A stretch of 64,000 bases of DNA. Origin: an uncultured candidate division Zixibacteria bacterium. Lineage in GTDB: Bacteria; Zixibacteria; MSB-5A5; GN15; FEB-12. Both the position numbers and the translations under genes were made by a program. Location: positions 1,536,001 to 1,600,000 of the forward strand of contig CAVTJJ010000004.1 in NCBI GenBank assembly GCA_963735035.1, given 5' to 3'. Under the pieces are notes generated by a model, which was not told the DNA's origin, made no database searches, and saw only the letters and a list, made by a program, of their open reading frames with translations. The stretch's first letter is position 1. Every line of letters begins with the position of its first letter. Below are positions 37,286 to 47,420 of this stretch, one piece after another.

Positions 37286-38542
37286 ATGGCGAAACTAAAA
37301 GTATTGTTGATCGGGTTCCTCGCGGTACTGTTTGGCGCCGCATTGGTCAAGGCCGACAATTCCGGCCGCATTTATGGCAAGATTCACACCGTCGACGGGG
37401 AGACTTTTGAAGGACTCATTCGCTGGGACAAGAACGAAGGTTCCTGGGTGGATATACTCGACGGTACCCGTGATCGTGATGACCGCGAACGAAGCAGTCA
37501 TGATCGTTCCACTCGCCGCAAATACGGTCGGAAATCTACGGTCAACTTCTTCGGCATCAAAATCAATCAGGATCAGGACGGATCTTACATTCTGTCAGAG
37601 TCATCTTCGGAGTCAGGGATCAGATTTGGACATCTGAAGTCACTTGAGGCAATCGGCGATGATCGCGCTTTGCTGACTCTTAAGAGCGGGCGGGAGGTCG
37701 AGTTCTACAACGGGTCTACTGATATCGGCTCTTCGATCCGTGAAATAGTCCTGGAAGACGCCAACGAAGGCGAAATCGAATTTTCCTGGGAAGATATCGA
37801 GCTGATCGAATTCAGTGACGCGGACTTTCCCAAACCTTCGGTTTTCGGTGACCGGCTTTATGGCACGTTGACGGCTCGTCGTGGAGAATCGTATACCGGG
37901 TTTGTTTGCTGGGATGTTGACGAATTGTTCAATGAAGACATTCTCGATGGTGACGACCAGAGGCGTGGCCGAAAGATTGCGTTTAGTAAAGTGGCGTCGA
38001 TTTCGCGCTACAGTTCCAGTGGGGCCGAGTTGGTCATGAAGTCCGGCGATACGGTGGTCTTGCGCGGTTCCAATGATGTCGACAGCGACAACCGGGGTAT
38101 TACTATCTGCGATCCGGGATTCGGACAGGTGACTGTAGCCTGGGATGACTTCGAAAAGCTCGATCTGAAGACTCCACCGAGCGTACCCAAATATTCGGAT
38201 TTTGACGGCGGTCGCCGGCTGCACGGAACCGTCTTTACTGAGACGGGCGAGAAGTATACCGGTGACATATGCTGGGATGATGACGAAGAGTACACTTGGG
38301 AAATGCTCGACGGCGGCTACCGAGACATGGATTTCAAGATTGAGTTCGGCCTGGTCAAGAAAGTTGAAAAGAGCACCGGCCAATCTTCGGAAGTGACCGT
38401 CGCGGACGGGCGGATGTTCCGGCTGCGCGGCTCCAACGATGTCGACGAGGACAACAAAGGGATAATAATCACGCCGACCAAAGGCGACGATGTCTTCGTT
38501 GATTGGGAAGATTTTTCGCACGTTGAGTTTGACAACAAGTAA
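37286..38542 (+). CDS. Exported acidic protein with three internal repeats
   Basis: Signal peptide; three copies of G...T..GE.(F/Y).G.(I/V).WD..E.....(I/M)LDG ... S.D(I/V) ... W(E/D)D(I/F). Confidence 0.8.
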   Translation: MAKLKVLLIGFLAVLFGAALVKADNSGRIYGKIHTVDGETFEGLIRWDKNEGSWVDILDGTRDRDDRERSSHDRSTRRKYGRKSTVNFFGIKINQDQDGSYILSESSSESGIRFGHLKSLEAIGDDRALLTLKSGREVEFYNGSTDIGSSIREIVLEDANEGEIEFSWEDIELIEFSDADFPKPSVFGDRLYGTLTARRGESYTGFVCWDVDELFNEDILDGDDQRRGRKIAFSKVASISRYSSSGAELVMKSGDTVVLRGSNDVDSDNRGITICDPGFGQVTVAWDDFEKLDLKTPPSVPKYSDFDGGRRLHGTVFTETGEKYTGDICWDDDEEYTWEMLDGGYRDMDFKIEFGLVKKVEKSTGQSSEVTVADGRMFRLRGSNDVDEDNKGIIITPTKGDDVFVDWEDFSHVEFDNK

Positions 38543-38565
38543 CCCCCTGTAGGTCTTAGTGCCTC

Positions 38566-38604
38566 AAACCCCGCAGTTGGATTGCCACTGCGGGGTTTTT
38601 CATT
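38566..38604 (+). terminator. Intrinsic terminator
   Basis: AAACCCCGCAGT...ACTGCGGGGTTTTTCATTT. Confidence 0.8.
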
Positions 38605-38620
38605 TGGCGAAGCAGTAATT

Positions 38621-38652
38621 GAAAAAGCCCCGGCGATTAGCCGGGGCTTCTT
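38621..38652 (-). terminator. Intrinsic terminator for the convergent TPR gene
   Basis: AAAAAGCCCCGGC-gatta-GCCGGGGCTT. Confidence 0.75.
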
Positions 38653-38686
38653 GATTAGACAACGGTCTTCTTACTTCCCGACGTTG

Positions 38687-39583
38687 CTACATTTTGGCTT
38701 TGCGATCCTGCAGATCTTTCACATGCTGCTCGGCCGTGGCCACGTCGGTCTTAGCCTTGGCGTTGTTCCTGGCGGTTCGGATGAAAGCGTTCCAGTTGGC
38801 GATATTGTTGTCGAAATCATCCGGAGCCTGTGATTCCATCGCGACCGCGTAATTGTACGAAGCCTGATATTTGTCAGGTTCGGCCTGCATGGCTGCTTTG
38901 AACGAGGAGGCAGCTTTCGTGAACTTCTGCTGGCCGAGATATATCTGGCCCAAAGCAAACTGAGCGTTGTAGCTCTTGGCGTTGAAGGTAAGCGCTTTCT
39001 CCAGAGCCGCTATGGCCTGGGTTTCCTTTTCCTGTTTTTGATAAGATTTGCCCAGGTAGTAGTAGGTCGCTTCGTTGCCGCCGCCGAGGGAATGGCACTT
39101 CTCAAAAGAGGTGATGGCATCAGCGTACTTGTTGCCGATGTACTGAACTTTGCCGAGCTCCGTGAGGATTTCCTGGTCATCCGGCTTTAGAGCCAGAGCC
39201 GACTTGAACGCCTCTTCAGCTTCGACCCGCCGCTTCAGTTGGTTTTGGACGCGTCCCAGGTTGGCGAAGCCGTCGACATTCTTCGGGTCCTTCTCCACCA
39301 CTTTGCGGAACTGCTCCAGAGCTTCGTCATATTTCTGCGTCTGGAAATAGATCGCTCCAAGGTTGAGATAGGCATCGATCATATTAGGATCCTTGTTGAT
39401 GGCGGCCGCAAACATCGAGATGGCCAACTCCATCTTGCCGGCCTTCATTTGGGTAATGCCCTCGTTGAACGATTCCTTGGCCATTGTGGCGTTGTCAGCT
39501 TGCGCCTGACACAAACCGGAGAAGACAAGGACGGCAATTACGACCGATACGACGAAGAAGTAAGGTACGCGACGAAACATCAT
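38687..39583 (-). CDS. Exported TPR-repeat protein
   Basis: Signal peptide; tandem TPRs (DAYLNLGAIYF, GFANLGRV, YYYLGKSY, AQFALGQIY). Confidence 0.85.
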   Translation of the reverse strand: MMFRRVPYFFVVSVVIAVLVFSGLCQAQADNATMAKESFNEGITQMKAGKMELAISMFAAAINKDPNMIDAYLNLGAIYFQTQKYDEALEQFRKVVEKDPKNVDGFANLGRVQNQLKRRVEAEEAFKSALALKPDDQEILTELGKVQYIGNKYADAITSFEKCHSLGGGNEATYYYLGKSYQKQEKETQAIAALEKALTFNAKSYNAQFALGQIYLGQQKFTKAASSFKAAMQAEPDKYQASYNYAVAMESQAPDDFDNNIANWNAFIRTARNNAKAKTDVATAEQHVKDLQDRKAKM

Positions 39584-39651
39584 GGTTCCTTTCATTATCT
39601 CAAAACCTACATTGTAGTACAATCTAACCACGCTATTTGATCCAAACCTGT

Positions 39652-40101
39652 TCAGAGGGCCGACCGGTGCTTTTCCAGAGCCATCTTGATTTCAGGGTAT
39701 TTCAGGGCCAGAATCCGGGCGGCCAGGATGGCGGCGTTGGTCGCTCCGGGGGCGCCTATCGCCACGGCCGCCACTGGTATACCGGGAGGCATCTGGACGG
39801 TCGCCAGAAGGGCATCCAGGCCGCTGAGGGCGGCCGGGAGGGGGACGCCTATAACCGGCAAATTCGAGTGCGCCGCAACCACTCCAGGCAGGGCGGCGGC
39901 CAGTCCGGCCATCGCAATAATGACTTCGAATCCAGCCGAGGCGGCGCCCCGGGCAAGTTCAGCAGTGCGGTCGGGATGACGGTGCGCTGATGAAATCTCC
40001 ACCTGCGCCTCGATCCCAAGCGCCTGCAGTTGCTGCAACGCCCGTTCGGAATATTCGGTGTCCGATTTGGACCCCAACAGAATCAGGACTTTAGGCATCA
40101 T
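39652..40101 (-). CDS. purE: N5-CAIR mutase
   Basis: GSKSD, SAHR, AGLAAALPG, PVIGVP, QMPPGIPVA. Confidence 0.96.
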   Translation of the reverse strand: MMPKVLILLGSKSDTEYSERALQQLQALGIEAQVEISSAHRHPDRTAELARGAASAGFEVIIAMAGLAAALPGVVAAHSNLPVIGVPLPAALSGLDALLATVQMPPGIPVAAVAIGAPGATNAAILAARILALKYPEIKMALEKHRSAL

Positions 40102-41383
40102 TTTCTCTTTTCTGCTCGCCCAATACCCGGAATCCGATATCGCTGCGATAATGGACGCCGTCGAATCTAATCCGTTTCACGATTCGATATGTCTTGGCCA
40201 GAGCGGCCTTGAGATTCACATCCATGCCCATGACCCCCAGCACGCGGCCCCCGGCCGTGATCCACTGGTTATCTTCCTTGCGGGTGCCGGAGTGGAAGAT
40301 ATAGGCGCCGTCTTCGCGTACGTTCTGAAGCCCGGAAATCCGCTGGCCGGCGGTGTACTCGCCGGGGTAGCCCTTTGAAGCCATGATCACACAGGCGGCG
40401 GAACCCCGACGCCATTCCGGTTTGGGAAGTTTCTCCAACTGGCCGTCGACTGTGGCCTTCATAATGTCCAATAGGTCGGTCTTGAGCAAGGGAAGTACAA
40501 CCTGGGTCTCAGGATCACCAAAGCGGCAGTTGAATTCCAGAACCTTGGGACCCGCTTCAGTCAGCATGATTCCGGCGTAGAGAACGCCGCGATACGGAAT
40601 GTTGTCCTTGCGCAGTCCGTTGATGACCGGCTCCAGAATAAACTGGGTAATCTCAGACATCGTCTTCTCGGTGATGAATTCCGCCGGGCAGTAGGCACCC
40701 ATCCCACCGGTGTTCGGTCCCCGATCGCCGTCAAGGGCCTGCTTGTGGTCCTGACTGGGGAGGAGCGGAATATAGGTCTTGCCATCGGTGACAATCATAA
40801 TCGAAACTTCCTGCCCTTTCAGACAGGATTCGATTACGACTTTCGCGCCGGCCTGGCCGAATTTCTTGTCCACGAAGATTTCTTCGAGCGTGCGTGCCGC
40901 ATCCTCGAAATTGTGAACGATCATGACTCCTTTACCGGCCGCCAGTCCGTCAATCTTGATGACGGTGGGATATTCGAGGCTTTTGCAGAAGCCGATCGCT
41001 TCGGTGAGGTTATCGAAAACTTTGAAAGCTGCCGTGGGGATGTGATAACGCTGGAGAAATTCCTTGGCAAAAGCCTTGCTCGATTCGAGTCGAGCCCCCA
41101 GACGTTCGGGGCCGAACACTTTCAGTTTGCGGCGCTTGAATTCGTCGGCCAGACCGAGCGCCAGGGGCTGTTCCGGTCCCACTACGGTGAGATTGATCTT
41201 GGAGCTGGACGCGAATTCAGCCAGGCGCATGACATCGTCGGCCCTGATGTTGACACACTTGGCTATCCGCATCATTCCGGCGTTGCCGGGGGCGCAATAC
41301 AGCCGCTGAATCTTCTTCGATTGCTTTAGCTTCCAGGCGAGGGCGTGCTCGCGCCCGCCGGAGCCGATTATCAGAACCTTCAT
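40091..41383 (-). CDS. purD: Phosphoribosylamine-glycine ligase
   Basis: GSGGREHAL, APGNAG, DGLAAGKGV, QDHK, NTGGMGAY, EFNCRFGDPE. Confidence 0.97.
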   Translation of the reverse strand: MKVLIIGSGGREHALAWKLKQSKKIQRLYCAPGNAGMMRIAKCVNIRADDVMRLAEFASSSKINLTVVGPEQPLALGLADEFKRRKLKVFGPERLGARLESSKAFAKEFLQRYHIPTAAFKVFDNLTEAIGFCKSLEYPTVIKIDGLAAGKGVMIVHNFEDAARTLEEIFVDKKFGQAGAKVVIESCLKGQEVSIMIVTDGKTYIPLLPSQDHKQALDGDRGPNTGGMGAYCPAEFITEKTMSEITQFILEPVINGLRKDNIPYRGVLYAGIMLTEAGPKVLEFNCRFGDPETQVVLPLLKTDLLDIMKATVDGQLEKLPKPEWRRGSAACVIMASKGYPGEYTAGQRISGLQNVREDGAYIFHSGTRKEDNQWITAGGRVLGVMGMDVNLKAALAKTYRIVKRIRFDGVHYRSDIGFRVLGEQKRENDA

Positions 41384-41620
41384 ACCCTGTTACCGCTCTT
41401 GCCAAAACTTATAATTTAGGGCACGACACGCGGTCAAAACAACCTGTTTTTTTGTCCGGGCGCCCTCGAATCTATTGGTCACACGAAGCAGAAACTTCTG
41501 GACATAAGCAGTTGACAAGCCGTCTTGCTGTAGGTTATCTTCTCCGCTCGCTGGTATCGACCGGTGGTAGACAAGGTTTTGGGATACAAAGACAAACCTA
41601 CGGCGTTTGAGGTTACGGCA

Positions 41621-42308
41621 ATGAAGATGTTCTCCCTGCTCCTGGTAGTGCTCGCAATAACCGTTTTGGGCGGTTCGATTGCAGCACAGGAAGCCGAAGA
41701 ATCCGCAAAAGATTTTCTCGAATGTTCCCTTTTCGGCGGCGGCAGCCTGCCGATGGGCGGTATCGTCGATTGGAGCGTTACCCGTCCGCAGACCGGCACC
41801 GTGCAGCTGGGCACGAAGTTTGGCCACAGCTTTGGATTTGATGTCGGTCATTTTCTGACCCCTGATCTGGTGGTCGGAATAAATGTTACGTACGCCCAGT
41901 ACGGTATCAAGACCGACGAAGCCGCGGCTGTCGACCCTGCACCACCGGATGATCAACCCCGGGATCTATGTCAAACGGTACTTTCAGGGCGAATCCAACT
42001 TCCTGCCTTATATAAAAGGGCAGGTCGGACTGGACGTCGTGAAGTTCACTACGAAAGCCTATGACCCCAACTTTGGCGATGATGTCTTTCGCGAGTTGTC
42101 CTACCAACCGGCCTTGTCTTTGGGACTAGGCGGTGGTGTTCTCTACTACACCTTCGATTACGGTGGTGTCTACGCCGAAGCCAACTATCACACGGCGTTC
42201 ACGAAGAATGTGGTCGGCACGTACTATGGCCGGGATCAGAAGTTTGGCACAACGACTTCGATCTTCGACATCCATGCCGGTATCAAAGTCTTCTTCGGCG
42301 GAGATTAA
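41621..42308 (+). pseudogene. Outer-membrane beta-barrel protein split by a frameshift near 41930 (real or assembly error)
   Basis: The signal-peptide half (frame of ORF 41564) continues as STLHHRMINPGIYVKRYF...DIHAGIKVFFGGD in the +1 frame. Confidence 0.65.
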
Positions 42309-42334
42309 TTCCCGATCTTAGGTCCAGATATTCG

Positions 42335-42362
42335 AAAGCCCGCCCGAGCGGGCTTTTTTGTT
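42335..42362 (+). terminator. Intrinsic terminator
   Basis: AAAGCCCGC-ccga-GCGGGCTTTTTTG. Confidence 0.8.
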
Positions 42363-42394
42363 GTCCCGATCCAAGGGTACGGATAGATTCCGCT

Positions 42395-43747
42395 ATGCCC
42401 GGTGAAAAGATCATGCTGGTTGACGACGAAGTCCCGCAACGCCAATTACTGGCCGGATTTCTCGAAACCAACGGCTATACCGTAACCCAGGCCGAAAACG
42501 GCCAGGCGGCGCTGGATTTGTATCCGAAGGTCTTTGCCCCGCTCGCTGTGGTCGATATGAAAATGCCCGGCATGAGCGGGCTCGAGCTGCTTCAGCGGCT
42601 TCGCGGCATAAATCCGTTCATTCAGGTAGTGGTACTTACTGCGTTTGGATCGGTCGAATCGGCGGTCGAAGCTATGCGCGCCGGGGCTTTCGACTACATG
42701 ACGAAACCGGTGCAGGACCTCGACGAATTGCTGTTGAGATTGGAAAAGGCGGCCGCTCAGAATCGGCTGGTGATCGAAAACCAAGTTCTCAGTACACGGC
42801 TGAAAGACATCTTTCCCGATACGGAACTGATCGGCCAGTCATCGGCGATTCAAAAAGTACGCGAAATTATCGCGTTGGTGGCGCCGCGCGATGCGACCGT
42901 TCTCATAACCGGACCTTCGGGCACCGGGAAAGAACTGGTGGCGCGGGCGATCCACGCCCTTTCGCCTCGAGCCAATAAGCGACTGGTGGCCATCAACTGC
43001 GCCGCCTTCCCAGAGACCCTCCTCGAATCAGAACTGTTCGGATACGAGCGGGGGGCTTTCACCGGTGCCGACCGGGCTCGTCAGGGACGGTTTGAACTCG
43101 CGGACGGCGGTACGCTGTTTCTCGACGAAATCGGCGAGATGCCGCTGACCATGCAGGTGAAACTCCTCCGGGTGCTCGAAGAGCGAAGTATCGAGCGACT
43201 CGGTTCGGTACGCGAAATCAAGTTGGATTTCCGTCTTCTGGCCGCCACGAATCGTGATGTTGACAAAATGGTTAAAGACGGCATCTTGCGAGAAGATTTG
43301 TTTTATCGCCTCAATGTCGTGAACGTTAACCTGCCGCCTCTGGTCGAGCGCACCGGCGATATTCTGCTCCTGGCGGGAAAATTCATAGAAAAATACGCCC
43401 GCAAGATCGGGAAAGACATTCGCGGGATAGACCAGGCGGCGGCCGCGGCGTTGACATCGTATTCATGGCCGGGGAACGTTCGCGAATTGGAAAACATCAT
43501 CGAGCGCGCTATTATTTTGACCCGCTCCAACACCTTGACCGTCGCTGATCTGGCCGGACTTCACGAGAATGCCCCAGCCGCACAGGCCGGCGGCATCCGC
43601 CCTCTCAATGAAGTAGAAAAGGAACACATCCGGTTCTGTCTGGACCGGCTGGAATGGAATATCGGTTTGACCGCGGAAAAGCTCGGAATTCATCGGAACA
43701 CCCTTCGTCTCAAGATCAAAGAGTACGATTTGACCCGTTCCGATTGA
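42395..43747 (+). CDS. Sigma54-dependent NtrC/AtoC-family response regulator
   Basis: REC domain (VDDE, D.KMPGM.G), AAA+ [22 protein letters not shown], Fis-type HTH. Confidence 0.95.
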   Translation: MPGEKIMLVDDEVPQRQLLAGFLETNGYTVTQAENGQAALDLYPKVFAPLAVVDMKMPGMSGLELLQRLRGINPFIQVVVLTAFGSVESAVEAMRAGAFDYMTKPVQDLDELLLRLEKAAAQNRLVIENQVLSTRLKDIFPDTELIGQSSAIQKVREIIALVAPRDATVLITGPSGTGKELVARAIHALSPRANKRLVAINCAAFPETLLESELFGYERGAFTGADRARQGRFELADGGTLFLDEIGEMPLTMQVKLLRVLEERSIERLGSVREIKLDFRLLAATNRDVDKMVKDGILREDLFYRLNVVNVNLPPLVERTGDILLLAGKFIEKYARKIGKDIRGIDQAAAAALTSYSWPGNVRELENIIERAIILTRSNTLTVADLAGLHENAPAAQAGGIRPLNEVEKEHIRFCLDRLEWNIGLTAEKLGIHRNTLRLKIKEYDLTRSD

Positions 43748-43835
43748 GCTGACCGCACATGACAAAACGACTGAACGAAAACGAACTTGAAAGGAGATCC
43801 GGAAAGATGAACAAGGAGTACTAAGACTGATTTGG

Positions 43836-44576
43836 GTGGTATGGATACTTGCCATGGTCGCAATGGCGGGATCGGCGCTCGCCGACAGCTTCCTCAAGCA
43901 GGTCACACACACGGGGGCTTACGAGATGATGGGGCAGAAGGTCGCGGCCAAGGATGACACTACCGTTATGTGGATCGGCGCGGATCGCGCTGCCAGCATC
44001 GCCGGCGATACGATGACGATTGTGTGCATACCGGCTGAGAACTCGGTGCTGATGATAAATCACCAGAAGAAGCAGTATTCCAAGATGCCGTTGAACATGA
44101 GCGAGATGGTCGACAAGGCTATTGATGAAAAGGGCGGCAAGGATGCTGACAAGGCTGCAGTGGCCAAAGAGATGATGAAGTCGATGATGGCTCAATCCAA
44201 GGCGACCGTCGAACCGACCGCCGAGGCCAAGAAGATTGAGAACTGGCAGGCCAAGAAATATCTGGTTACGCTCGACATGGGCATGATGAATATGAACATG
44301 GATCTGTGGGCCACCGAAGATATCGCGGTGGACTACAAGTTGTATGCAGATCTCAGCAACCGAATGATGAGTATGATTCCGGGAGCTGAGCCGTTGGCCA
44401 AGGAAATGAGCAAGGTCAAGGGTGTGGTCGTTTTGAGCAGTACCACGCTGAAGATGATGGGTCAGCCGATTACAGCCGAGACCCGCTTGGTCGAGTTTAG
44501 CGACAAGCCGGCTCCGGCGGGCGTGTATGCGGTTCCTGCCGGATACACCGAAGTTCCGTTCACGATGGGCCAGTAA
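43836..44576 (+). CDS. Exported DUF4412-like protein (true start may be ATG 43807, one base out of frame)
   Basis: Signal peptide ...AGSALA-D; TAEAKKIENWQAKKY; P..VY.VPAGY C-terminal motif. Confidence 0.7.
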   Translation: MVWILAMVAMAGSALADSFLKQVTHTGAYEMMGQKVAAKDDTTVMWIGADRAASIAGDTMTIVCIPAENSVLMINHQKKQYSKMPLNMSEMVDKAIDEKGGKDADKAAVAKEMMKSMMAQSKATVEPTAEAKKIENWQAKKYLVTLDMGMMNMNMDLWATEDIAVDYKLYADLSNRMMSMIPGAEPLAKEMSKVKGVVVLSSTTLKMMGQPITAETRLVEFSDKPAPAGVYAVPAGYTEVPFTMGQ

Positions 44577-44601
44577 GACCCTTCTAATAGGCGACTATAC
44601 C

Positions 44602-44645
44602 AGAGTCAGTCCCGGGCAAGTTGTCCCGAGACTGACTCTATTTTC
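44602..44645 (+). terminator. Intrinsic terminator
   Basis: AGAGTCAGTCCCGGG...CCCGAGACTGACTCT followed by ATTTTC. Confidence 0.65.
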
Positions 44646-44664
44646 GTGCTTATTTGTTCACTCA

Positions 44665-44694
44665 CGCACAAAAACAGTGCACCAAGAACGTGCT
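44665..44694. promoter_or_regulatory. Tandem NtrC-like enhancer sites
   Basis: CGCAC-N7-GTGCA overlapping TGCAC-N7-GTGCT. Confidence 0.45.
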
Positions 44695-44809
44695 TGAGCC
44701 AGGGGGAATTCGCCTATAGTTATGACTCACTTGAACGTTAGGGGAATTGGCACGGTGCCTTGATTAACTTGTGACGGAAAGTTGAGTGAAGAATATGTTG
44801 GAGAAACAA

Positions 44810-45670
44810 ATGAAAAGACCTGCGATGCTTCTCTTGGCGCTGATGGCGCTTCCTTTGATCGGTTGCGACGACGACAAGAACGTGTTAGTCGAAAAGGACC
44901 AGGTTCCCGCCGCTCCTCAAGGAGTCTATTCCGTCACAGGAGATCATTCTGTGGTCGTCCACTGGAACGGCATTTATGAGACTGATGTGGCTTCGTACAG
45001 GGTTTACCGGTCGCTGGACTCGATCAACGGATATGCGTCGATAGTGTCAGTTGCGGCTCGACCCAATTCGAAGTTGGACCTTCTGCTTTACAGCTATGAC
45101 GATAACACGGCGGTCAATGGAACGACTTACTGGTATGCCGTGACGGCGGTCGACAACGCCGGTCAGGAGTCGGATCTGTCGGCGGAGGGTGTTTACGACA
45201 CGCCTCGCCCGGAGGGGAACGCCCTCATTTATCCGTATGAAGTTGATTCTACCCACGCCAGTTTCAGTCTGGCCCTGGGGCAGGTTGTCAACTGGGGCGC
45301 GGGTAGCGCGGACATCTATGCCGATCGCGTCAATGGCATCTACTATCTGAATGCGGCGAACGATATGACCGACATCCAGGACGTCGGGTTCACCAAGTAT
45401 TGGCAAGATATCGGTTGGGCTCCGGATTCCGGTTGGGTGGCCCTTGGTTACTGCGAAGCGATTCCAGGCCATACCTATGTCATCTGGACCAACGACTACC
45501 ACTATGCCAAAGTGAGAATCACCTCGATCAGTGTCTCTGGAGCGATTGCTTTCCAGTGGGCCTGGCAGAGCGTACAAGATAATCTCGAACTGGCGCCGCC
45601 GGTTCGCCCGTCGCATACCGAAGAATTTGGGCAACCGAAGCGGACTATCGCCGGTCAGCTAATAAAGTAG
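44810..45670 (+). CDS. Lipoprotein with a fibronectin type III-like domain
   Basis: Lipobox LIGC; PAAPQG...W...YRVYRS...NGTTYWYAVTAVDNAGQES. Confidence 0.8.
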   Translation: MKRPAMLLLALMALPLIGCDDDKNVLVEKDQVPAAPQGVYSVTGDHSVVVHWNGIYETDVASYRVYRSLDSINGYASIVSVAARPNSKLDLLLYSYDDNTAVNGTTYWYAVTAVDNAGQESDLSAEGVYDTPRPEGNALIYPYEVDSTHASFSLALGQVVNWGAGSADIYADRVNGIYYLNAANDMTDIQDVGFTKYWQDIGWAPDSGWVALGYCEAIPGHTYVIWTNDYHYAKVRITSISVSGAIAFQWAWQSVQDNLELAPPVRPSHTEEFGQPKRTIAGQLIK

Positions 45671-45693
45671 CTACAAAGAAGGAGTGATTAGTC

Positions 45694-47301
45694 ATGTTGC
45701 GAACAACTTTACTCACAAGCCTGGCGGCCGCGCTGATGCTCGGTATCGGCGCCGGGGTCACTCCGGCGCAGACAATCGCCCCGGTCTATGACCAGGCCGA
45801 TTACGATCGGGCGCAGGTCGACCGCTATCTCGACGTTGAAGTTTGGACGTCCAACAGCGACGGCGAATTCTACGACGGCGACAACATCGTCATCTATTTC
45901 CGCGCCAGTCGCGACGCGTTCGTTTCGATCTACTCGATCGACACCCGCGGTCGGGTCAACCTGCTTTTCCCGACCTATGAAGGCGAAGACAATTTCGTCA
46001 ACGGCGGCGTCACGTACAGCCTGCCGGGCGACAAGGACAAGTACGATCTGCGAGTGAGCGGCCCCGAAGGGTTCGAAAACATCCAGGTCGTTGCGTCGCG
46101 CGAACGGTTCCCTGTCCCGAATTGGTACAAGGGGCCGGAATTGGTGGTCAAGCAGGATGAGGACCGCGATTCCTACATGGACTGGGTAAACTCCAACTAT
46201 TTCGTTGACTACGGCGGACAGCGCTTTGCCTACGATCGCGCGGTGGTCTATGTCAATGAATGGGAACCGGACTATTTCCAGCCGGTGTATCATCCGGTGT
46301 ATCCGAGCTGGACCGTGTACGGCAACGCCTATATCGATTACCCGTGGGGCGCCTCAGTCTACATCAACGGTCTCTACTGGGGTTGCGCACCGCTCTACAT
46401 CCCGCAGATCGCCTGTGGCTGGAACACGATCACGATCTACGACAACGACGGCTACTGCTGGGAGCATGATTTCCACGTCTCCCACTACAACACCGTGGTG
46501 TTCAATCGGACGATCATCAACACCAGCCCGACTGTGAAATCGAAGTACAAGGAAGTGCGTGAGGTCGGGTATCGGAATCCCCTTCAGAATGGCTATCCGG
46601 ATTTCGAGCGGCGGAAGGAAGCTATCGTGACCAATCTTCGCGAGACCGGTAAGATGTCTTACAAGCCGAGTGACTCTCGTGGAAATGACATCAATATGGA
46701 TAATGCCCCGAAGAAGTTTGTCCGTGGCTCTACTAAGATCGTGAAGACCGATCGCGGCTACGAGACTGATGCTTCCACCGCGATCTTTCCCGAGAAGGGT
46801 GGCAAGGTTGGCAGCACTACCCGTACGCACAACGGCGGGTTGTACGAAGTTTCGAAGGGCAAGTCGGCCGGGCCCGGCTCATACGACCCGGCTTCGTCGG
46901 AACGTCGCACTGTCGAAGGGAAGTCGGGGAAGACATCCGGCAACACTCAATCCGGAGAATATAAGAGCGGTCGGAAGAGTTCATCAGGCAACTCCGGTTC
47001 AAGTGGTAACGCTCCGGTGATCGAGCGACGGAAATCGTCCGGCAAGACCGAAGCGCCCACGGTCCAGAGACAGGCACCGCCGGAAAGACCGCAGCGACCG
47101 GCTGAGGTGACTCCGAAGAAGGAATCGAGACCGCCTGATTCGGGCGGCAAGAAGGAATCGCGGCCGGAATCTCCATCTGCCGGTAGCTCCAAGTCTAAGG
47201 GTTCCGACGGCGGCAACGCCGGCGGCGGAAGATCGCAGGGCGGCGAAAAGTCTGGCGGTAAGGGTGGCGGCCAGCAGAGCGGTGGCAGCAAACACAAATA
47301 G
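45694..47301 (+). CDS. Exported DUF4384-domain protein with a low-complexity G/S/K tail
   Basis: Signal peptide; GD.I.IYFRAS.DAFV.IY.ID..G.V.LLFP...V.GP.G.E pattern; disordered C-terminal ~150 aa. Confidence 0.75.
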   Translation: MLRTTLLTSLAAALMLGIGAGVTPAQTIAPVYDQADYDRAQVDRYLDVEVWTSNSDGEFYDGDNIVIYFRASRDAFVSIYSIDTRGRVNLLFPTYEGEDNFVNGGVTYSLPGDKDKYDLRVSGPEGFENIQVVASRERFPVPNWYKGPELVVKQDEDRDSYMDWVNSNYFVDYGGQRFAYDRAVVYVNEWEPDYFQPVYHPVYPSWTVYGNAYIDYPWGASVYINGLYWGCAPLYIPQIACGWNTITIYDNDGYCWEHDFHVSHYNTVVFNRTIINTSPTVKSKYKEVREVGYRNPLQNGYPDFERRKEAIVTNLRETGKMSYKPSDSRGNDINMDNAPKKFVRGSTKIVKTDRGYETDASTAIFPEKGGKVGSTTRTHNGGLYEVSKGKSAGPGSYDPASSERRTVEGKSGKTSGNTQSGEYKSGRKSSSGNSGSSGNAPVIERRKSSGKTEAPTVQRQAPPERPQRPAEVTPKKESRPPDSGGKKESRPESPSAGSSKSKGSDGGNAGGGRSQGGEKSGGKGGGQQSGGSKHK

Positions 47302-47325
47302 TCGCCACACATAGCAAGGAATTAG

Positions 47326-47358
47326 GGGCCGGTTGTCTTAGGACGACCGGCCTTTTTC
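47326..47358 (+). terminator. Intrinsic terminator
   Basis: GGCCGGTTGTC-ttag-GACGACCGGCC followed by TTTTT. Confidence 0.8.
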
Positions 47359-47420
47359 TGTTCGGTTCTCTGTTCTCTGTTCGCTGATCTATGTAATGAG
47401 ACGAAGAACTTCCAGGGAAA

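Noticed and set aside
46900..47301. Repetitive G/S/K-rich sequence with a duplicated KKESRP
   Set aside because: Low-complexity coding tail of the DUF4384 protein, not a DNA repeat array.
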